Positions 1 through 9,577 of a stretch of 32,000 bases of DNA are shown here, one piece after another (position 1 is the stretch's first letter; every line of letters starts with the position of its first letter). The DNA is from Candidatus Saccharimonadota bacterium. Lineage in GTDB: Bacteria; Patescibacteriota; Saccharimonadia; Saccharimonadales; Saccharimonadaceae. The DNA is taken from assembly GCF_025273655.1 (NCBI RefSeq), contig NZ_CP045921.1, forward strand, positions 660,001-692,000. Reading direction: 5' to 3'. The translations under genes were made by a program, and so were the position numbers. The notes under the pieces were generated by a model. The model saw only the letters and a program-made list of their open reading frames with translations. It was not told the origin of the DNA and made no database searches.

Positions 1-1213
1 GATACATTTTGAGCGGATCATCGGTGTTTTCGCCAATTTTAAACGCCGGATTTGGTGCAACCGGACCTATCAGTGCATCGTACGTTTCAAACAACTCGTT
101 AAACTCTCGTATGAGCAGTGTACGTGCCTTTTGCGCCTTTTGGTAATACGCATCGAAGAACCCGCTCGAAAGTACATAGCTCCCGATGATAATACGACGC
201 TTGTTTTCTGGCATAAAACCAGCCTGACGGCTCAGCTCATACACGTCATTCAAGTTTCCCTCTTTGCCCGCACGGGTACCGTAGCGTACACCATCATAAC
301 GTGCCAGATTACTACTAATCTCAGCTGGCACCACAATATAATAGATCGCTAGTGCGTATTTGAGCATGGGCAGGCTCACTTTTTCGATCTCGTAACCTTG
401 CTGCTTGTAACGCTCAATTGCCGCCTCTACACATGCGCGCACCGCGGCGTCCACGCCTTCAGCCATAAACTCTTTGATAACACCAAGCTTTTTGCCGCTT
501 GGGGCTACCTGTGGCGCGAAATAGTCGGGCAATGTCGTCATATCTCGAGCATCACGACCAGCCAATATACTCATCAGCGTCTCCGTGTCCTCGACCGACT
601 TTGTCAGTACGCCGACCGTGTCTGTGCCGCTCGCCATCGCCACGACACCGTAGCGACTTACCGCACCGTAGGTCGGCTTAATACCGACAACACCATTGAA
701 ACTTGCAGGTTGACGAATCGAGCCACCCGTATCAGTGCCAAGTGCAAACGGCACAATATCAAGCGCCACAGCTACTGCCGATCCGCCGCTTGAGCCACCA
801 GCGACGCGCGCATCGTCAACAGCATTTTTTGTCATACCAAACGCAGAGTTCTCCGTACTACCGCCGTGGGCAAATGCGTCAAGATTCACTTTACCGATAC
901 AGATTGCACCTTCTGCTTCAAGCTTCTCAATCGCTGTAGCCTGGAGCGGTGCTTCGAAATGCTCTAGGAATTTACTCGCTGCTGTAGTAGGCGCGCCGTA
1001 GCTCAAAAAGTTGTCTTTAGCGACAAACGGCACTCCGGCCAAGCGACCAGTGATATCACCTGCGTCTACTGCTCGAGCGCGTTCGAGAGCACGTTCGCCC
1101 GCAAGATTGATGAAAACGTTATGCGTGTCTGCCTCGGCGCGCGCAAGCGCTGCTTCGACAGCCATGACAGCAGAAGTATCCGCAATCTGAGTGAGAGTAT
1201 CTGAAATCTTCAT
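1..1213 (-). CDS. gatA: Glutamyl-tRNA(Gln) amidotransferase subunit A; 3' end cut by the window edge
   Basis: Not in the ORF track because it runs off the window. My reverse-strand translation from ATG 1213 reads MKISDTLTQIADTSAVMAVEAALARAE... It contains the amidase signature DARVAGGSSGGSAVAVALDIVPFALGTDTGGSIRQPASFNGVVGIKPTYGAVSRYG (about 630-815). It starts 2 nt after the gatC stop. The + strand ORFs at 131-1001 are antisense shadows. Confidence 0.9.
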   Translation of the reverse strand, partial: MKISDTLTQIADTSAVMAVEAALARAEADTHNVFINLAGERALERARAVDAGDITGRLAGVPFVAKDNFLSYGAPTTAASKFLEHFEAPLQATAIEKLEAEGAICIGKVNLDAFAHGGSTENSAFGMTKNAVDDARVAGGSSGGSAVAVALDIVPFALGTDTGGSIRQPASFNGVVGIKPTYGAVSRYGVVAMASGTDTVGVLTKSVEDTETLMSILAGRDARDMTTLPDYFAPQVAPSGKKLGVIKEFMAEGVDAAVRACVEAAIERYKQQGYEIEKVSLPMLKYALAIYYIVVPAEISSNLARYDGVRYGTRAGKEGNLNDVYELSRQAGFMPENKRRIIIGSYVLSSGFFDAYYQKAQKARTLLIREFNELFETYDALIGPVAPNPAFKIGENTDDPLKMY

Positions 1214-1215
1214 AG

Positions 1216-1509
1216 CTACAATACCTTTGGTACCTTAAACTGCTGCGCCAGCTGACCGCCCTCGGACAATCCAATCAGTTTCTCGCGCGTCACTTCGCCC
1301 TGCACGATCATATCGTCCCGCGATACGTTTTCGAGGTCCATGCCATAATATGTAGGTTCCACGCCATCGGTATCAAGCTCACCAAGGAGCGTGAAATACT
1401 CGAGTATACGCTCGAGATCAGTTGTAAGTTTATCGGCTTCCTCGTCATTAAGACGCAAGCTACTAAGCTGTGCGAGAGCCCGCACATCGTCTGTGGAGAT
1501 ACTTGTCAT
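1216..1509 (-). CDS. gatC: Glutamyl-tRNA(Gln) amidotransferase subunit C
   Basis: 97 aa. Length, position directly upstream of gatA and the sequence (DVRALAQLSSLRL..EE...L..DLERILEYF..L.ELDTDGVEP) are typical of GatC. A -10 TACAAT lies 7 nt upstream of the ATG. Confidence 0.85.
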   Translation of the reverse strand: MTSISTDDVRALAQLSSLRLNDEEADKLTTDLERILEYFTLLGELDTDGVEPTYYGMDLENVSRDDMIVQGEVTREKLIGLSEGGQLAQQFKVPKVL

Positions 1510-1516
1510 ACAGTCT

Positions 1517-1527
1517 ATTGTAGCGCA
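1517..1527 (-). promoter_or_regulatory. -10 element TGCGC-TACAAT, 7 nt before the gatC ATG (leaderless-type promoter)
   Basis: The minus strand reads gtGCGCTACAATagactgtATG. There is no Shine-Dalgarno between the box and the ATG. Confidence 0.5.
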
Positions 1528-1551
1528 CTGCCGAGTGAGATGAAACAGTCT

Positions 1552-4089
1552 CTATTGCTGAGTTGGAGGCTGGAGTGGCCATGTCTGTCCAGGAGCATTC
1601 TCAGTAGGCGGCTGCGTCTGGGGCTGAGCGTAAGGCTGAGCGCCGTTTACCGGACTTGAAACTGGATTTTGCACAGATGGCTGTTGCCCATACGGCTGCG
1701 GTTGTGCCGGAGGCTGCCAATTGGTCGGCTGCGGCATAGTAGACTGCGGAGCAATTGTTTGTGGCTGCACAGGCACCTGCTGTCGCCATTGGTTCGGATC
1801 GATATACTGCCCACCCGCCATCTGACCATACTGTGTCTCGGTATGCGGACGAATGATGAATTTGAGCGCTATATAGACTAGCCCGAGCAGCACCAATATG
1901 CCAGCCGCGATCACACTCATCATCTGCAAGACTCCAACCACCGTGTTCATGGTGGATGTGTCTGTCGCCGTGCCATACTGAGACTTACTGTAATCGGCGT
2001 ATTTGGCTGCCAAGTAGTTCTGCGGATAGAGCGAATTTGCCTGAGCAAACAGCTTGGTTGCCGCCTGGTAATTGCCACGCGTCAGCTGCGACAAGCCTTC
2101 TCTCCATGCTGTCATGGAAGCACTTTTTGTCTGAAGCGTGATATTTCGCTGTTTCACGAGTGACGTGATACCGGTCGTGTCACGCACGACAGTACCCGCA
2201 AAGCATTTACGATCCGGGCAGTTCAGATTACCATATGTCGCCACGCCAACAACGTCTCCATCTATGCCTACAGCTGGTCCACCTACTAAGCCGGCATGCG
2301 ATGATGTAGCTATTGCGCGAGTTTTCTGACCTTCACCGCCGCTAAAGGTCTGCGTCACTGCATTCGCTCGATACATCGGCGTCGCACGGAACTGTGCAGA
2401 AGCCAGTGAACCATAGGCATACATCGGCAATCCGACAAGCCCCACGGTCGCTTTATCGGCAATCCCATCATCTTGCAGGGTAAGCGTTGGATATGTGGCA
2501 CTCTTCTTCATTTTGAGTAGCGCAGTATCCGATTTAACAACTCCCCCATCATAAATTTGTGCCTGAGTGATATCTGTTGAATAATTTTTTGCCTCGAGTG
2601 CCGCCTCAATAACTGTATCGGTATAGGCGAACGAACCCGAGCCGTCGCCATTTTGGTTGACTACTATCGGTTTGTCTGCCAATTGGACAGCATACGAATA
2701 CTGTTCCTTGGTTACAGAGATATCTTCTGGCGCTATGAGTGTACTCAACGCGTTGATCTTAGCAATGATATCTTGGTCACGCTCCTGCACTCCAGCTACA
2801 AGCGCGTCGGCATCGGTTTGCATAATACTACGGGATTCCACTAGGTAATCTAGAATACGCTGCAAGCGATCAAGCGCCTGCTCAGAATCTGGGGCATTAG
2901 TAATATATGCCGAAATTGCCTCTTGCGGCTTCACCTGTACAGAGCTACCAGATGTCGCCAGATATCCATCGCGAGAGATGAAAAATCCAGAGCCGGCTTT
3001 GTCGACGCATGCACCTGTGAGTGTAGGCCCATCACCACCTTCTGGCAGCGACAGTTTGATATCGGCACAATATAGTGTACCTACGCGTACCGTAGCTGGT
3101 GAAGCGCCAGCAAGCATAGTGAAGCCAGATGTACTAGCCAAATACGCCGGAATCTCGTAGCTAGATTTCGAAGACTTATTGGAACCCTCGTTCATCTGAC
3201 TCGATGAATTGTCTGCGGCTTGCTCAGCGGCTTTTGCATCCAGCATCGAAGCATCAGTAGCGCCGGTAGCATCAGATACCAGCGCCTTACTATCAAGGCC
3301 ATCGTACGTCACTCCTTCTAGAACTGTCTCAAGCTGTGGCGTCACTGCAAAGTTAGACGAGCGAATACCGCTGATGCAAGCTACATATGGACGATCGTGC
3401 TGAACTGTCATATAGCAATCTTCGCGCGAAACAGTTTTCACGCCATAGCGTTCATTTGTCGTCGTAAACGTGACTTTTCGGTAGTCAATATCGTTAATGT
3501 TCTTCACTTCTGTGTCCGATGCTTCGACCATCTTGTCCTGCGTGTGAGCGCTGACCGTTTCTTTCACCAGCATGTCGATCTTCGACAAGTCTTTGTATTC
3601 TTTTTTGGTGGCCAGCAATTCCCAGTAGCCTTTGGCCGGACTCGATGTGATGCGCAGCTCCGGCGATGCAAGTGTTACTTCGCTCCGTGTCGCTTCACTT
3701 GTCTCAACAGGACGCACTCGCATGACAGTATATGGACGCGCCTCCGAAAGATCAGTATCGGAGTATGTCACGTCTTCAGCAAATCCAAACCCTTCAAGCT
3801 CTCGTGCGTTATACGGAATTTTGACACCAAGTGTTGAAGTAATTGTGCGAGTATATGGAACGCTCGACTCAGGTTCCAGCACAGCTGCGACACCTTTTTG
3901 GGTTTTGCCCGTATCCGAACTCGTCTTACCCATTAATTCAATTGTAATCCACGCACCGAGACACAGTACCAAAAGCACACCACAGGCTACCATGCCCCAG
4001 ATCAAATAATCACGAAGTTCGCGTGGTTTTTTGGGGGCAGCCGGCTGCATAGGCGACTGTGGTGCGGGGTATGGTTGTTGCGGTTGCAT
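1552..4089 (-). CDS. Two-TM envelope protein with P/Q-rich termini and a large external domain containing a degenerate trypsin-like (S1C/HtrA-like) fold
   Basis: 845-aa ORF. Hydrophobic helices occur near the N-terminus (YLIWGMVACGVLLVLCLGAWITI) and near the C-terminus (VVGVLQMMSVIAAGILVLLGLVYIAL). Both tails are Pro/Gln rich. Internal motifs GSGFFISRDGYLAT, DTALLKM and GLVGGPAVGIDGDVVGV resemble HtrA-family blocks. Confidence 0.8.
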   Translation of the reverse strand: MQPQQPYPAPQSPMQPAAPKKPRELRDYLIWGMVACGVLLVLCLGAWITIELMGKTSSDTGKTQKGVAAVLEPESSVPYTRTITSTLGVKIPYNARELEGFGFAEDVTYSDTDLSEARPYTVMRVRPVETSEATRSEVTLASPELRITSSPAKGYWELLATKKEYKDLSKIDMLVKETVSAHTQDKMVEASDTEVKNINDIDYRKVTFTTTNERYGVKTVSREDCYMTVQHDRPYVACISGIRSSNFAVTPQLETVLEGVTYDGLDSKALVSDATGATDASMLDAKAAEQAADNSSSQMNEGSNKSSKSSYEIPAYLASTSGFTMLAGASPATVRVGTLYCADIKLSLPEGGDGPTLTGACVDKAGSGFFISRDGYLATSGSSVQVKPQEAISAYITNAPDSEQALDRLQRILDYLVESRSIMQTDADALVAGVQERDQDIIAKINALSTLIAPEDISVTKEQYSYAVQLADKPIVVNQNGDGSGSFAYTDTVIEAALEAKNYSTDITQAQIYDGGVVKSDTALLKMKKSATYPTLTLQDDGIADKATVGLVGLPMYAYGSLASAQFRATPMYRANAVTQTFSGGEGQKTRAIATSSHAGLVGGPAVGIDGDVVGVATYGNLNCPDRKCFAGTVVRDTTGITSLVKQRNITLQTKSASMTAWREGLSQLTRGNYQAATKLFAQANSLYPQNYLAAKYADYSKSQYGTATDTSTMNTVVGVLQMMSVIAAGILVLLGLVYIALKFIIRPHTETQYGQMAGGQYIDPNQWRQQVPVQPQTIAPQSTMPQPTNWQPPAQPQPYGQQPSVQNPVSSPVNGAQPYAQPQTQPPTENAPGQTWPLQPPTQQ

Positions 4090-4117
4090 AATCTATGCAC
4101 CAGTGTAGCACAAAACG

Positions 4118-6088
4118 CTACTGCTTAGCGCGAATTTCGGCTATGATATCACGCAGCTCGGCGGCTTTTTCGAACTCAAGATTTGCGCTGGCAAGATTCA
4201 TTTGTGCCGATAGCTCTTTCTCCAGATTTGCATACTCATCTTTTGGTATTTTCTTCAGATCGAGTTTCGGCGACTTATCTTCTTTTTGCGGGATGATGGC
4301 GCGCAGTCCTTCGTCAATAGCTTTGTCGACGCCACGCGGTGTAATACCGTGCTCGCGGTTGTACGCCTCCTGAATTTCACGACGACGATCCGTCTCGTCG
4401 ATTGCTGCCTGCATAGAGCGCGTTACTTTGTCACCATACATCACTACGCTGCCGTCGACATGGCGCGCCGCACGACCAATCGTTTGGATGAGTGCGCTTT
4501 CACTGCGCAAGAAGCCCTCTTTGTCTGCATCCATAATTGCCACCAGGCTTACTTCTGGCAAGTCCAGACCCTCTCTGAGGAGATTAATACCTACTAATAC
4601 ATCGTAGACGCCCATACGCAGATCACGCAAAATATCACCGCGCTCTAGTGTATCGACTTCACTATGAATATAGGCCGTCTTAATATTCAGTTCGAGAAGG
4701 TACGCACTCAGATCTTCTGCCATGCGCTTTGTCAGTGTCGTTACAAGTACACGCTGTCCCTTCTCGATACGATCGCGAATTTCGGCGATGAGATCATCTA
4801 CCTGACCTTTCGTCGGTTTGATAGTAATTGGCGGATCGAGCAGCCCGGTTGGGCGGATCACTTGCTGAGCAGGCTCAGGGCTATGTGCGAGCTCGTAGTC
4901 ACCCGGCGTTGCCGACACATAGATCGCTTGATTGATATGTTTGTCAAATTCTTCGAATCGCAGCGGTCGATTGTCGAGCGCGCTTGGCAAGCGAAAGCCA
5001 TGCTCCACTAGCACCTCTTTACGCGCACGATCTCCGTTATACATACCTCGCACCTGCGGTAAGCTCTGGTGGCTTTCGTCGACAAGTAGCAGCCAATCAT
5101 CTGGGAAATAATCGATCAGCGTGGCTGGCTGCTCACCTGGCTCGCGGTCGCTCAGGTATCGGCTGTAATTCTCGATTCCTTTGACAAACCCGGTTTCTTC
5201 AAGCATCTCAATATCATACTTAGTACGCTGCGCGAGACGCTGCGCCTCAAGCAGTTTGTCGTGCGATTCGAACCATTCCATGCGCTCATTGAATTCATGT
5301 TTAATACCTTCAATAGCATGCGCCAGTCTATCTTTTGGCGTTACATAGTGACTACTTGGGAAGATATCGACCTTACTCGGCTCACTCAGTATCTCACCTG
5401 TCAGCGGATCGAGCTGCGTCAGACGGTCTACCTCGTCACCGAAAAACTCGATGCGATATGCTGTCTCGCCATTTGCCGGGAAAACATCAACCACATCTCC
5501 TTTTACTCGAAATGTTCCACGATGAAAATCAACATCGTTGCGTTTGTATTGGATATCTGTCAGGAGGCGAATAAACTTATCCTGCTGTCGTCGCTCACCA
5601 CGCGCCACATGGATCGACATCTCGGCATATGCATCCGGACTTCCAATACCATATATGCAGCTCACGCTGGCTACGATGATCACATCGCGACGCGTGAGAA
5701 GTGCAGAAGTAGCAGCGTGACGCAACCGGTCGATCTCTTCATTGATCGCCGAATCTTTCTCGATATAAGTGTCACTACTGGCGATGTAGGCCTCTGGCTG
5801 ATAGTAGTCGAAGTAGCTGACAAAATAATGTACTTCATTGTCCGGAAAGAAAGTTTTAAATTCACTAAACAGCTGCGCAGCAAGTGTCTTGTTGTGCGCC
5901 AACACGAGCGTCGGCACCTGGCGATCTTGAATGATGTTTGCCATCGTGAACGTCTTACCAGAACCAGTAACGCCCAGTAGTGTCTGCTCGCGCTCACCCT
6001 GATCAAGCCCCGCTACCAGCTGCGCAATAGCTGTCGGCTGATCGCCGGTTGGCTGATACTTAGTTTCCAAGCGAAATTTTTGACTCAT
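4118..6088 (-). CDS. uvrB: Excinuclease ABC subunit B
   Basis: 656 aa. Carries Walker A GVTGSGKT, helicase motifs, and the C-terminal UVR motif ([11 protein letters not shown]). The N-terminus F.L...Y.P.GDQP.AI is classic UvrB. Confidence 0.96.
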   Translation of the reverse strand: MSQKFRLETKYQPTGDQPTAIAQLVAGLDQGEREQTLLGVTGSGKTFTMANIIQDRQVPTLVLAHNKTLAAQLFSEFKTFFPDNEVHYFVSYFDYYQPEAYIASSDTYIEKDSAINEEIDRLRHAATSALLTRRDVIIVASVSCIYGIGSPDAYAEMSIHVARGERRQQDKFIRLLTDIQYKRNDVDFHRGTFRVKGDVVDVFPANGETAYRIEFFGDEVDRLTQLDPLTGEILSEPSKVDIFPSSHYVTPKDRLAHAIEGIKHEFNERMEWFESHDKLLEAQRLAQRTKYDIEMLEETGFVKGIENYSRYLSDREPGEQPATLIDYFPDDWLLLVDESHQSLPQVRGMYNGDRARKEVLVEHGFRLPSALDNRPLRFEEFDKHINQAIYVSATPGDYELAHSPEPAQQVIRPTGLLDPPITIKPTKGQVDDLIAEIRDRIEKGQRVLVTTLTKRMAEDLSAYLLELNIKTAYIHSEVDTLERGDILRDLRMGVYDVLVGINLLREGLDLPEVSLVAIMDADKEGFLRSESALIQTIGRAARHVDGSVVMYGDKVTRSMQAAIDETDRRREIQEAYNREHGITPRGVDKAIDEGLRAIIPQKEDKSPKLDLKKIPKDEYANLEKELSAQMNLASANLEFEKAAELRDIIAEIRAKQ

Positions 6089-6094
6089 ATATCC

Positions 6095-6104
6095 AGTATA
6101 GCAC
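6095..6104 (-). promoter_or_regulatory. Extended -10 (gTGcTATACT), 6 nt before the uvrB ATG (leaderless)
   Basis: The minus strand reads GTGCTATACTggatatATG. It is part of a 17-nt string identical to 24287-24303. Confidence 0.55.
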
Positions 6105-6121
6105 TAGAGAAAAAGTAGCGG

Positions 6122-6730
6122 CTAGCCCTGGCCAGCACGCTTGGCGCTGACATGGCTATCATTGGCGTCGTGTTCGAAATCGGCATACTTCTCGTCGAGT
6201 CGTGTGATGATCGTGTCGACAAGTCGCTGCGGATCGGTATCATAAATGATGTCTTTGGCACCTGGTGCTTCGATATTTTCGAGCAGCGTCTTCGTATAGT
6301 CGGCTAGACCGCCGCTGCCCAACAGTACGCCGCAGACTTTGCGGCTTTCGAGCGCGGTCGCCAGCTCATGTAGACTCCCCATGCGACCACCAACCGTGAT
6401 AATCGCGTCGCTACTGCGCACCAGATGAACATCGCGTCCTACATATTCCATGCCTGTGAAATTGATATAGTCGAACTCTTTCGTCGGCAGGCGATATGTC
6501 GCCACATGCTCCCTGAAAGAGCTGGCCGGCGAGAAGCCAATCGAGATGCCACGCTTGCCCGTTACGCTCACGGCGCCCATGGCTGCGTAGTGCGGCAGGC
6601 CTACAGTCGCACCCGTAGTAAGTGTTTTGCCGCTTTTTGAAATAGCCTTACCAAGCTCAAACGCCAACTGATGCGATGCGTGCACCGTCTCGCCGCTTGC
6701 TGCGCCCGACACGCATATCTGATATCTCAT
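6122..6730 (-). CDS. LOG/SLOG-like Rossmann-fold protein (TIGR00725-type, DprA/LOG-related)
   Basis: Matches the TIGR00725/LOG pattern as I remember it: ICVSGAASG...LG.AI...G..L.TGA..G.....A.GA, then SDAIITVGGRMGSLHELATAL. I place the start at ATG 6730 (MRYQICV). It is preceded by AAGGAG and forms an ATGA overlap with the upstream stop, rather than using the track start at 6799. Confidence 0.7.
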   Translation of the reverse strand: MRYQICVSGAASGETVHASHQLAFELGKAISKSGKTLTTGATVGLPHYAAMGAVSVTGKRGISIGFSPASSFREHVATYRLPTKEFDYINFTGMEYVGRDVHLVRSSDAIITVGGRMGSLHELATALESRKVCGVLLGSGGLADYTKTLLENIEAPGAKDIIYDTDPQRLVDTIITRLDEKYADFEHDANDSHVSAKRAGQG

Positions 6731-7185
6731 TGTTTTGTCTCCTTTTCCATTTGTATATATTTGGTTATTGGTGCGAGTAGCTCCGGATGCGCCGCCCATT
6801 CTCTGTATCTGATCACTATTTGCTCCGCTAGGCTCCGACGAAATCCATCGAGGCTGCGCGCTTCGAACCGTCTAGACTCTGCCGTGTCCAGGGCAAGATC
6901 ATCTGGGTGAAATGATACTACTTCCCCGCCAATTACCAGCCCGACGTACGCCGTATCCTTGCTCAAAATATCTTCATGTACGCGTAGCGCTTGATACAGC
7001 TCTCGCGCCGTGACGTCGCCATCGAGCCCCATCTCACGAATCACCGTGTGAGCAATATGCAAGATGTCGCCGATTAGTTTAGCATCGAGCGCTTGTTTGC
7101 CTGTCGCCTTCTCTAAATCATCAAACGCGATCTCAAGTAACTTCTCACGTGGACGACCCAATAATGTCATAAGCGCGCGCGACAC
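6727..7185 (-). CDS. Hypothetical protein (152 aa), translationally coupled to the LOG-like gene
   Basis: The ORF fills the gap between the PfkB kinase and the LOG-like gene, with an ATGA stop/start overlap downstream. Start is GTG 7185 or ATG 7170. No family recognised. Confidence 0.6.
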   Translation of the reverse strand: MSRALMTLLGRPREKLLEIAFDDLEKATGKQALDAKLIGDILHIAHTVIREMGLDGDVTARELYQALRVHEDILSKDTAYVGLVIGGEVVSFHPDDLALDTAESRRFEARSLDGFRRSLAEQIVIRYREWAAHPELLAPITKYIQMEKETKQ

Positions 7186-7188
7186 GTA

Positions 7189-8157
7189 CTAAAAATCCTT
7201 TTCCTCGACAGGCATATCATGCAATACTATACCCTGGCGCAAAATCCCTTCTTTGGCACCGTATTTCGTTACGACAGAGGTAGAGTTCGCGCTGCCAAAT
7301 ACAATTGCCTCTTTGAGGCTCTTACCTTGAGACCACTGGCTCAGGAAGCCACTCGCAAATGCATCGCCCGCACCGGTGCGATCTACCACTGGCACATCCT
7401 CGTACATACCAGCTGACACAATCGTCTTGCCGTCGCTCGCCACTACACCTCGAGGGCCATCACTGACGATTGCCACTGGTACATAGTGCAGGGCATGCCG
7501 CACCAGCTCTTCGCTCGTCTCGCCGTCGACAAGCATTTGCATTTCTTCCTTGTTCACGCACAATACATCAACGCTACTCAGAAGTGCCTTAAGCTTAGCG
7601 GGTTCAGCCAGTTCTGGCCCCGCCGGGTTGAGCATCACCTTTACGCCAGATTCTTCGGCCTTGTCGATTACTACGCGCAGCAGATCGATACCGCCGAGTG
7701 CTAGCGACGTGGGATATATCCAATCGGCTTCTGCGATAGCCTCAAGATCAAGGTCTTTACCGCTCGCATCGGTCGAGATGCCTCGGTTATTGAGAATGGT
7801 GCGCTCGCCGTCGGTTGCAATGAGGATATTTGAGTAGCCGGCACGGTACTTGTCATCTCGAACTACATGCGACGTATCAACACCTTCGCGGTCAAGATCT
7901 TGCAGTACAGTTTCTGATGCCGGATCATGACCAAGTGTCCACATATAGCTACTCTCGAGTCCTTGACGCGCAAATGTCACTGCCACGTTGCTCGCATTGC
8001 CGCCTGTGGCAAACTTGATATCGTCAACTTCCATCTTTGTGCCAAGTGGGAGGTGTGTGTACGCCACCTTACCTTCCATATACGGACTAAACTCGTCGCT
8101 TTTCAGAAACACGTCTTGCGTCGCCTTGCCTATCGCCAATATCTTCGGTGTACTCAT
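7189..8157 (-). CDS. PfkB-family carbohydrate kinase (ribokinase/phosphofructokinase-B superfamily)
   Basis: 322 aa. N-terminal GGNASNVA and C-terminal DRTGAGDAFASGFL signatures of the PfkB family. Substrate not assignable. Confidence 0.85.
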   Translation of the reverse strand: MSTPKILAIGKATQDVFLKSDEFSPYMEGKVAYTHLPLGTKMEVDDIKFATGGNASNVAVTFARQGLESSYMWTLGHDPASETVLQDLDREGVDTSHVVRDDKYRAGYSNILIATDGERTILNNRGISTDASGKDLDLEAIAEADWIYPTSLALGGIDLLRVVIDKAEESGVKVMLNPAGPELAEPAKLKALLSSVDVLCVNKEEMQMLVDGETSEELVRHALHYVPVAIVSDGPRGVVASDGKTIVSAGMYEDVPVVDRTGAGDAFASGFLSQWSQGKSLKEAIVFGSANSTSVVTKYGAKEGILRQGIVLHDMPVEEKDF

Positions 8158-8216
8158 ACCAGTATTCCTTTTTGATTTTTACCACCCATATTCTGGTGTC
8201 ATTATATCACTTATGG

Positions 8217-8244
8217 TTGCGATTTCGTCAACTTATCCTACACT
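8217..8244 (+). promoter_or_regulatory. Candidate promoter TTGCGA-16-TACACT, 6 nt before ATG 8251
   Basis: Read directly: TTGCGA (8217-8222), TACACT (8239-8244), tgctat, ATG. Same leaderless layout as other genes in the window. Confidence 0.4.
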
Positions 8245-8250
8245 TGCTAT

Positions 8251-8667
8251 ATGAGTATGCTTGAACTGGTGCGCACGGGTGAGAAAATCGAAGAAGATAC
8301 CGGTATCTCTGGCATGTCACAAGTTCTTGAAAGATTTATAACTATGCATGAACTTGAAACCATGGCCAAGCTCGCATTGGCAGTTTGTATCAATATTCCA
8401 CTCACGCTTACAGACAAAGAAATTGATCATCTAACCTCAACAAACTTCTTATATCCCGGTAGCTGCCCAGATAGCATCAAGCCAACAGACCAGGGCCTGG
8501 TAGCGGCCAATATGATTGTACAAGAAGACGCCTCTCATACTGCATCGACCGAGCTGCATCTAGTAGAGCCGTTTCGCGATATTGAGCTGCTTAAACTACT
8601 GTACGAGGATCGCGCGCCGCACGTTTCACCACCTGAATACTTCTTTCATTTTTATCGCGCTAGCTAG
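8251..8667 (+). CDS. Hypothetical protein (138 aa)
   Basis: The only ORF filling the 500-nt gap between pfkB and fba. It has a leaderless-style promoter in front and no recognisable domain. Its stop overlaps the fba stop (CTAG 8664-8667). Confidence 0.5.
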   Translation: MSMLELVRTGEKIEEDTGISGMSQVLERFITMHELETMAKLALAVCINIPLTLTDKEIDHLTSTNFLYPGSCPDSIKPTDQGLVAANMIVQEDASHTASTELHLVEPFRDIELLKLLYEDRAPHVSPPEYFFHFYRAS

Positions 8668-9575
8668 ATAATCGCCTTATCGGCGCTCCCAAATGCTTGG
8701 ATTTTCTCTTCTACCACAGCTTGCACGGCACCATACACTTCTGGCATAAGCTTCACGACGGCATATTCGTCTGGATGATCGGCAAGTACTTTCTCAAGTG
8801 TCTTGCGGAACACATAGCGCATATCGCTGTTGATGTTGATCTTGCTCACGCCGATACGAGCCGCGTCTTCAAAATAGTGGAGCGGCGTACCAGAGCCACC
8901 ATGCAGACTGATACCGCAGTCGATAGCACCACGAATACGCTCAAGAAGCTCCAAGTCAAGTTCCTTCGGCACAGGGTATTTGCCGTGCAGATTGCCGATG
9001 GCCGCTGCGAAGGTGTCGATACCTGTGGCATCCACAAACTCCTTGGCACCTTCTGGCGTGCTAAACGTCTTCTTGATCTCTTCGTAGTCAATATTTTCTG
9101 TATGCACATTGCTGCTCCCACCAAAATAGTGTGGCTCACTCTCAATCAGCGCACCGGTAAACTTGGCATATTCTACCACTTCTTTGGTCTGCGCGATGAT
9201 ATCGTGCTCGGTCGCCTCATGATTCGCCTGCGAGATGTCAATATGGATAAACTCGTAGCCGGCATCTATAGCGCGCTTACAGGCGTCAACCGTAGGGCTG
9301 TGATCGAGATTCAGGTATGCTTCGATACCATATTCCTTTTTGTAATTATCTACCATATCACGGATATTTTGCAGGCCAATCGCCTTGACCTCGCCGTCGC
9401 TTACTTCGATCAACACCGGTGAATTGAGCTTTTGTGCAGCCTGTGCGATAGCGATGAGCGTCTCTTGGTTGTCGATGTTAAACGCACCGACAGCGAAATG
9501 CTGCTGCTTGGTGCGCTGATACAAGTGCCTCGCCCTAGTAGTATTGTCCCGTATTTCACTAATAGTGAGTCCCAT
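8664..9575 (-). CDS. fba: Class II fructose-bisphosphate aldolase
   Basis: 303 aa. Shows class II FBA/tagatose-bisphosphate aldolase family blocks: FN..N.E......AA......PV...S, LDHS, HID.S, GNLHG.Y and LHGGSG. Confidence 0.9.
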   Translation of the reverse strand: MGLTISEIRDNTTRARHLYQRTKQQHFAVGAFNIDNQETLIAIAQAAQKLNSPVLIEVSDGEVKAIGLQNIRDMVDNYKKEYGIEAYLNLDHSPTVDACKRAIDAGYEFIHIDISQANHEATEHDIIAQTKEVVEYAKFTGALIESEPHYFGGSSNVHTENIDYEEIKKTFSTPEGAKEFVDATGIDTFAAAIGNLHGKYPVPKELDLELLERIRGAIDCGISLHGGSGTPLHYFEDAARIGVSKININSDMRYVFRKTLEKVLADHPDEYAVVKLMPEVYGAVQAVVEEKIQAFGSADKAII

Positions 9576-9577
9576 GT

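Noticed and set aside
6731-6799. N-terminal extensions given by the ORF track: 6799, 12098, 12579, 17166, 19384, 28635, 30093, 30390 and 30415.
   Set aside because: In each case an internal ATG is preceded by a good SD or by a -10 box at leaderless distance, and it matches the usual N-terminus of the family. The extensions overlap upstream genes or promoters.
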